Assembly (NCBI RefSeq): GCF_001997385.1
Contig: NZ_CP019633.1
Location: 210,001-242,000, forward strand
From: Sedimentisphaera cyanobacteriorum
GTDB lineage: Bacteria > Planctomycetota > Phycisphaerae > Sedimentisphaerales > Sedimentisphaeraceae
DNA: 32,000 nt
Direction of reading: 5' to 3'
The position numbers and the translations under genes are program-made. A model generated the notes under the pieces. That model saw nothing but the letters and a program-made list of their open reading frames with translations, had not been told where the DNA came from and did not search any database. This document shows, piece after piece, positions 27,612 to 32,000 of this stretch. Numbering within the stretch: the stretch's first letter is position 1; each line of letters begins with the position of its first letter.

Positions 27612-29768
27612 TTGAGAAACCAGATTAGTACAATAGCATTGAAGTTACTTTCAGTGTTAATTTTAATTTTTTTCGCAGTCAGCCTTCAAGCACGAGTCAT
27701 CGATTACGTTGATGTATTTGTCGGCACAGAAGCTGATCACGGCCAGATGTATCCGGGTGCTGCTCTGCCTTTCGGGCTTGTGAAGTTAAGCCCCGATACC
27801 TCCTCTAAAGGCCATGCCGGATATGATTACTCGTGCAGAGAAATAAAAGGCTTTTCACATACAAGGCTTGGAGGAGTAGGCTGTTCTGGTGCAGGGGGGA
27901 GTGTAAGGATTAAGCCGTCATTTGGAATGAAAACGGCTGACACTCTCGATAAGTCATCAGAAAAGGCATGGCCAGGCTTTTACAGTGCTTGTTTTGAAAA
28001 TGGGATTAAAACTGAGCTAACGGTATCATATCGAGTAGGATTTCATCGATACACCTTCCCTGTTTCAAAGGAGGATGTCTGCATACTTATTGACCTTTCT
28101 CAAAGTTATGCAGGCAGTATTGATTCAGGGTGGGAAAAGATTGCTTCTGATACAATAGCAGGCTTCACCAAAGGGAAAAACGTTTGCGGTAACGGCTTTT
28201 ACAAGCTGTATTTTGCCGTCAAGTTTGACCAATGCTTTGATGGAATTGAACGAAGCGGCAAATCTTTATGGAGCAGATTCCCCTCTGCCTCAAAAGACAG
28301 GGACGCAGTTATTAAGCTTAAGGTTGGTATTTCACCAGTCAGTGTTGAAAAGGCTGTAATGGAATGCAGAAAGGACCTTCCCGGATGGGATTTCCAGGCG
28401 CCAAGGGAAAACGCCGAAAAGATATGGGAAGAAAAGCTTGGTAAAGTCGAAATCTTTGGGGTTAGCGGTGAGCTTGAAGAATTTAGGGATTTATTTTATA
28501 CTTGCCTGTACCGTTCTTACCTGCTGCCTCATAACGTAACCAGCAGCGACGGATTTTACAGGCCGGCGGGCAAACAGCAAACTATCCGCAAAACGGCAAA
28601 TCAAAGCCGCAGTTTCGATTATTATTCCGGCTGGAGCAGCTGGGATGATTATCGCAAGTACAGCCTTGTATCCCTGCTTGAGCCTGATATTTTAAGTGAT
28701 ATCGTCCTTTCAGCTTTAGATATGTTTGCCGGCGAGGGGATACCTGCCTGGGCAGAGGGATACTGGCCGTCGCCTTCGGTTAGAAATGAGTTTATCAATA
28801 CCATAATACTTGATACAATCCAAAAAGGACTTGTAGAGTATGACTTAGAAAAAGCTTATTCAGGGATCATTTCTTCCATAGATGGCAATGAGCAGGTTGA
28901 GAAGCCCTATCAATACTATATTGCTATGAAAATCGCCGAGATCCTTGAGAAGAAACAGGACATTCAAAAGTTCAGGAAAAAAGCACTTTCATACAAGGAC
29001 TTTTGGGCAGAATCTCAAGAAGACGGGGAAGGCAATGTGAGAGGTTTTTTTACTCCTGACGGTGAAATCGTCCCGAAGGAATCGGTGAATAAAGTGGATG
29101 CTCATTTCTATGAGGGCTCACTGTGGCATTATCGTTTTTTTGTACCTCATGATATTTATGGGCTTGCCTCGCTGAGAGGAGTGGGGGAAAAACTGGCGGA
29201 TGATTTGGAATATTATTTCAATTCATGGAAGCATATGGCGCTGAATGAACCTCCCTTAGCATATCCCTTCTTGTTTAACTTTCTCGGCCGGCCATACCAG
29301 ACACAGTATTGGTCAAGGGTTTACATTACTGATACTGTTATGAGCCGATATCACAATCACGGCAAGTTTGACAGCCCTGTTATCAGAAGGGTATATAAAA
29401 AACAACCTGCCGGCTGGCTTGAGACAATGGATGATGATACCGGTGCTATGTCGAGTCATTTTGTTTTTTCCGCAATGGGGCTTTTCCCTGTGTGCATGGG
29501 CGAACCTTATTATGTTATAGGATCGCCGCTTTTCCCCAAAATGGTTTTGCATATGAAAAACGGGGATTTAGTGATAGAGGCTGAAAATGCATCATTGTCT
29601 AACAAGTATATACAGTCTGTAAGTTGGAATGGGAAAGACCTTGCCAACACATGGCTAAGCTATGAACAAATAAAACAAGGGGGGAAGCTTGATATGGTGA
29701 TGTCAGATACCCCAAATATGCAATGGGGAAGTGATAATTCGGCGGCTCCGCCTTCTCTCTCAAAATAA
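27612..29768 (+). CDS. GH92 family alpha-mannosidase (exo-alpha-1,2/1,3/1,6-mannosidase class), secreted.
   Basis: 718-aa ORF with a TTG start, AAAGAG upstream, and the signal peptide LLSVLILIFFAVSLQA. GH92 blocks: VDVFVGTEADHGQMYPGAALPFGLVKLSPDT, IKGFSHTRLGGVGCSG, FYEGSLWHYRFFVPHDI, DDDTGAMSSHFVFSAMGLFPVCMGEPYYVIGSPLFPK, NKYIQSVSWNGKDL. Confidence 0.93.
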   Translation: MRNQISTIALKLLSVLILIFFAVSLQARVIDYVDVFVGTEADHGQMYPGAALPFGLVKLSPDTSSKGHAGYDYSCREIKGFSHTRLGGVGCSGAGGSVRIKPSFGMKTADTLDKSSEKAWPGFYSACFENGIKTELTVSYRVGFHRYTFPVSKEDVCILIDLSQSYAGSIDSGWEKIASDTIAGFTKGKNVCGNGFYKLYFAVKFDQCFDGIERSGKSLWSRFPSASKDRDAVIKLKVGISPVSVEKAVMECRKDLPGWDFQAPRENAEKIWEEKLGKVEIFGVSGELEEFRDLFYTCLYRSYLLPHNVTSSDGFYRPAGKQQTIRKTANQSRSFDYYSGWSSWDDYRKYSLVSLLEPDILSDIVLSALDMFAGEGIPAWAEGYWPSPSVRNEFINTIILDTIQKGLVEYDLEKAYSGIISSIDGNEQVEKPYQYYIAMKIAEILEKKQDIQKFRKKALSYKDFWAESQEDGEGNVRGFFTPDGEIVPKESVNKVDAHFYEGSLWHYRFFVPHDIYGLASLRGVGEKLADDLEYYFNSWKHMALNEPPLAYPFLFNFLGRPYQTQYWSRVYITDTVMSRYHNHGKFDSPVIRRVYKKQPAGWLETMDDDTGAMSSHFVFSAMGLFPVCMGEPYYVIGSPLFPKMVLHMKNGDLVIEAENASLSNKYIQSVSWNGKDLANTWLSYEQIKQGGKLDMVMSDTPNMQWGSDNSAAPPSLSK

Positions 29769-29857
29769 TGTTATTTGCCCGCACAGAATATTGTTTAACT
29801 ATTATCTGCAAGTGAAAGGTATAAAAATTGACTGCACAAAATACTCTTTTCAGCAAA

Positions 29858-32000
29858 ATGTTATTTATCTCGGCATTTCTTACAGTTATTAATGTTTGTT
29901 TTTCGGTTCAAACTGAAAAATTAATGCTTTCCGGCAGCGGCTTTCAGCAGCAGACCGAATGGCAGTTTTACTGTACAAAAGGAAGGCAGAGCGGCTTTTG
30001 GACAACTATTCCAGTGCCTTCAAATTGGGAGTTTCACGGTTTTGGACGCTATAACTACGGACACGACGGGAACAAGTCTGATGAGAAGGGCAAATACCGC
30101 AAAGAATTCAAAGTTCCCTCAGAATGGCAGGGCAAGCGTATTAGTATTGTCTTTGAAGGCGTGATGACTGATGCAGAGGTGTTTGTAAACGGCTCCTCAG
30201 CAGGTCCTGAGCATCAAGGGGGTTTTTATGAATTTGAGTATGACATAACAGACCAGCTGAACATAGGAGGCAATAATCTGCTTGAGGTAACGGTAAGCAA
30301 AGTTTCAGATAACAAATCTGTTAAAAAAGCTGAGCGAAAAGCTGATTTCTGGGTTTTCGGCGGAATTTACAGGCCGGTTTATCTAAAAGCTGTGCCTCAG
30401 GAATCTATTAGCTGGACAGCTGTTGATGCACAGGCCGACGGGAGTTTTACCGCGAAGGTCTATATAAAAAACGTTCAAGAATGCAATCTTATTAAAGCAA
30501 AAATTTTTGATCAGTCAGGTGAAATGCTTGGAAAGCCTTACAAGCAAAGCATTAAAAAATCGGAAGATTGCAGCACTCTCAAAACTCGGGTAAAAGGCCA
30601 TAAAACTTGGACTGCCGAAAGCCCTGATTTATATACCCTGCAAGTTGAGCTTTGCAGAGATGATAAAACCGTTCATAAAGTAAAAGAGAAGTTCGGCTTT
30701 AGAACTTTTGAAGTGCGTGAGAAAGGGTTTTATCTCAACGGAACTCGAATCCGTTTCAAAGGCGTAAACAGGCACAGCTTCTGGCCTGATTCCGGCCGCT
30801 GCGTGAACAGAGAGATAGACTATAAAGATGCAAAGCTGATCAAAGAAATGAATATGAATGCTGTGCGTCTTTCGCATTATCCTCCAAATAAAAGCTTTCT
30901 GCAGGCCTGTGATGAATTGGGGCTGTATGTTATTGATGAGCTTACCGGATGGCACGATGCCTATGATACGCAGGTGGGCAGGAAGCTTGTTGCCGAGATG
31001 GTAAAAAGAGATGTTAATCATCCGAGCATTATGCTGTGGGCGAACGGAAATGAGGGAGGCCATAACTTTGATTTGGTTTCAGAGTATTCTCTTTACGACC
31101 CTCAGGAAAGGACAGTGATACATCCTACGCCCTCATGGAACTCCCCTTCGGTATTCAACGGCATTGATACCGCCCATTACTGCAGCTATGAGGATTTTAT
31201 CAAAAGGCTTGCCAAGCGGGAGAATATCTTTATGCCTACTGAATACCTGCATGGGCTTTACGATGGAGGCCACGGTGCAGGGCTTGAGGATTACTGGAAG
31301 GCAATGATGAAATCGCCGGTAGGTGCAGGCGGTTTTTTATGGGCTCTGGCAGATGAGGGCATTGTGCGAACAGACAAAAACGGCCGAATAGACACCGACG
31401 GCAATCATGCACCTGACGGGATTGTCGGGCCTTACCGTGAAAAAGAAGGAAGCTTTTATACGATAAAAGAAATATTTTGCCCGGTAGAAGCCTTTATTGA
31501 AGAAAGCTCGCATTTCAAAGGAAAGATACAACTGCGTAATTTGTATGACTTTACAAATCTCAGCGAGATTAAATTCAAATGGCAGCTGGCCGTTTTTTCC
31601 AAAGGTAAAAATGCTGATAAAATTATCAAAGAATCAGGCCGAATAAATGGGCCGAAAATTAAGCCAGGCAGAACTGGCAGTCTTAAGCTTGATTTGCCCG
31701 AAAACTGGAACCGGCATGATGTTTTATATCTCAAGGCTTATGACCCCGCCGACCGGCTTTTATGGACTTGGAGTTTTGCCCTGAAAAACCGAAATGAAAT
31801 GCTCCCTGAGATCATTTCACGGAAGTCTGAGAGCAAGCCCGAAGCGGCAGAAGAGGGAAGCAGTATCGTTGTGCAAACAGCAGATCATAATTTCAGTTTT
31901 AACAGCAGCAGCGGCCTGCTTGAGAAAGCGATGTACAAAGGGAGTGAATTCAGCATCACAAACGGCCCTGAAATAGTTCATTCTCAGCAGAAATATAACA
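29858..32000 (+). CDS. GH2 family glycoside hydrolase (beta-galactosidase / beta-glucuronidase / beta-mannosidase-like), 3' end outside the window.
   Basis: This gene is not in the supplied ORF track because no stop is reached. My manual translation is open from 29825 to 32000. Possible starts are TTG 29828 (GAAAGG 8 nt upstream) or ATG 29858 (MLFISAFLTVINVCFS). GH2 blocks: ADFWVFGGIYRPVYL, FKGVNRHSFWPDSG, MNAVRLSHYPPN, LGLYVIDE, HPSIMLWANGNEGG (acid/base), FMPTEYLHG. Confidence 0.85.
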   Translation, partial: MLFISAFLTVINVCFSVQTEKLMLSGSGFQQQTEWQFYCTKGRQSGFWTTIPVPSNWEFHGFGRYNYGHDGNKSDEKGKYRKEFKVPSEWQGKRISIVFEGVMTDAEVFVNGSSAGPEHQGGFYEFEYDITDQLNIGGNNLLEVTVSKVSDNKSVKKAERKADFWVFGGIYRPVYLKAVPQESISWTAVDAQADGSFTAKVYIKNVQECNLIKAKIFDQSGEMLGKPYKQSIKKSEDCSTLKTRVKGHKTWTAESPDLYTLQVELCRDDKTVHKVKEKFGFRTFEVREKGFYLNGTRIRFKGVNRHSFWPDSGRCVNREIDYKDAKLIKEMNMNAVRLSHYPPNKSFLQACDELGLYVIDELTGWHDAYDTQVGRKLVAEMVKRDVNHPSIMLWANGNEGGHNFDLVSEYSLYDPQERTVIHPTPSWNSPSVFNGIDTAHYCSYEDFIKRLAKRENIFMPTEYLHGLYDGGHGAGLEDYWKAMMKSPVGAGGFLWALADEGIVRTDKNGRIDTDGNHAPDGIVGPYREKEGSFYTIKEIFCPVEAFIEESSHFKGKIQLRNLYDFTNLSEIKFKWQLAVFSKGKNADKIIKESGRINGPKIKPGRTGSLKLDLPENWNRHDVLYLKAYDPADRLLWTWSFALKNRNEMLPEIISRKSESKPEAAEEGSSIVVQTADHNFSFNSSSGLLEKAMYKGSEFSITNGPEIVHSQQKYN

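Overview
This window is a one-directional glycan-degradation locus. Every well-supported gene is on the + strand, and the sequence is moderately AT-rich. All family names below come from reading motifs in the translations. No database search was possible.

Gene order:
- a 1.9k-aa secreted chimera (M23-like peptidase, Ig, LamG, tail motif, beta-sandwich repeats, golvesin-C-like domains, GH30-like domain)
- a GH2 LacZ-type beta-galactosidase, followed by a terminator
- an XylR-like hybrid AraC regulator
- a sodium:solute symporter
- an 850-aa conserved unknown protein
- a 928-aa GH30-like paralog of the first gene's C-terminal half
- a 730-bp gap holding a decayed minus-strand recombinase-like remnant
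- a PEP-CTERM surface protein
- a Tat-signal Cys-type sulfatase
- a module-Ig-LamG protein, followed by a terminator
- a frameshifted Glyco_hydro_cc/LamG/3xCBM6 protein
- a GH92 alpha-mannosidase
- an open-ended GH2 gene that runs off the window and is missing from the ORF track

The PEP-CTERM signal, the sulfatase, the Ig/LamG proteins and the Cys-bracketed dockerin-like tails suggest a PVC-superphylum host (Phycisphaerae, Kiritimatiellota or Lentisphaerota-like). This is inference only.

The most unusual signal is an unrecognised ~230-aa module present three times within 8 kb:
- once standalone with a PEP-CTERM anchor
- once at the N-terminus of an Ig-LamG protein
- once nested inside a split CBM6 domain

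Two of the copies share a ~308-nt tract that is nearly identical at the nucleotide level, which points to recent gene conversion or domain shuffling. I saw no rRNA, tRNA or CRISPR array.
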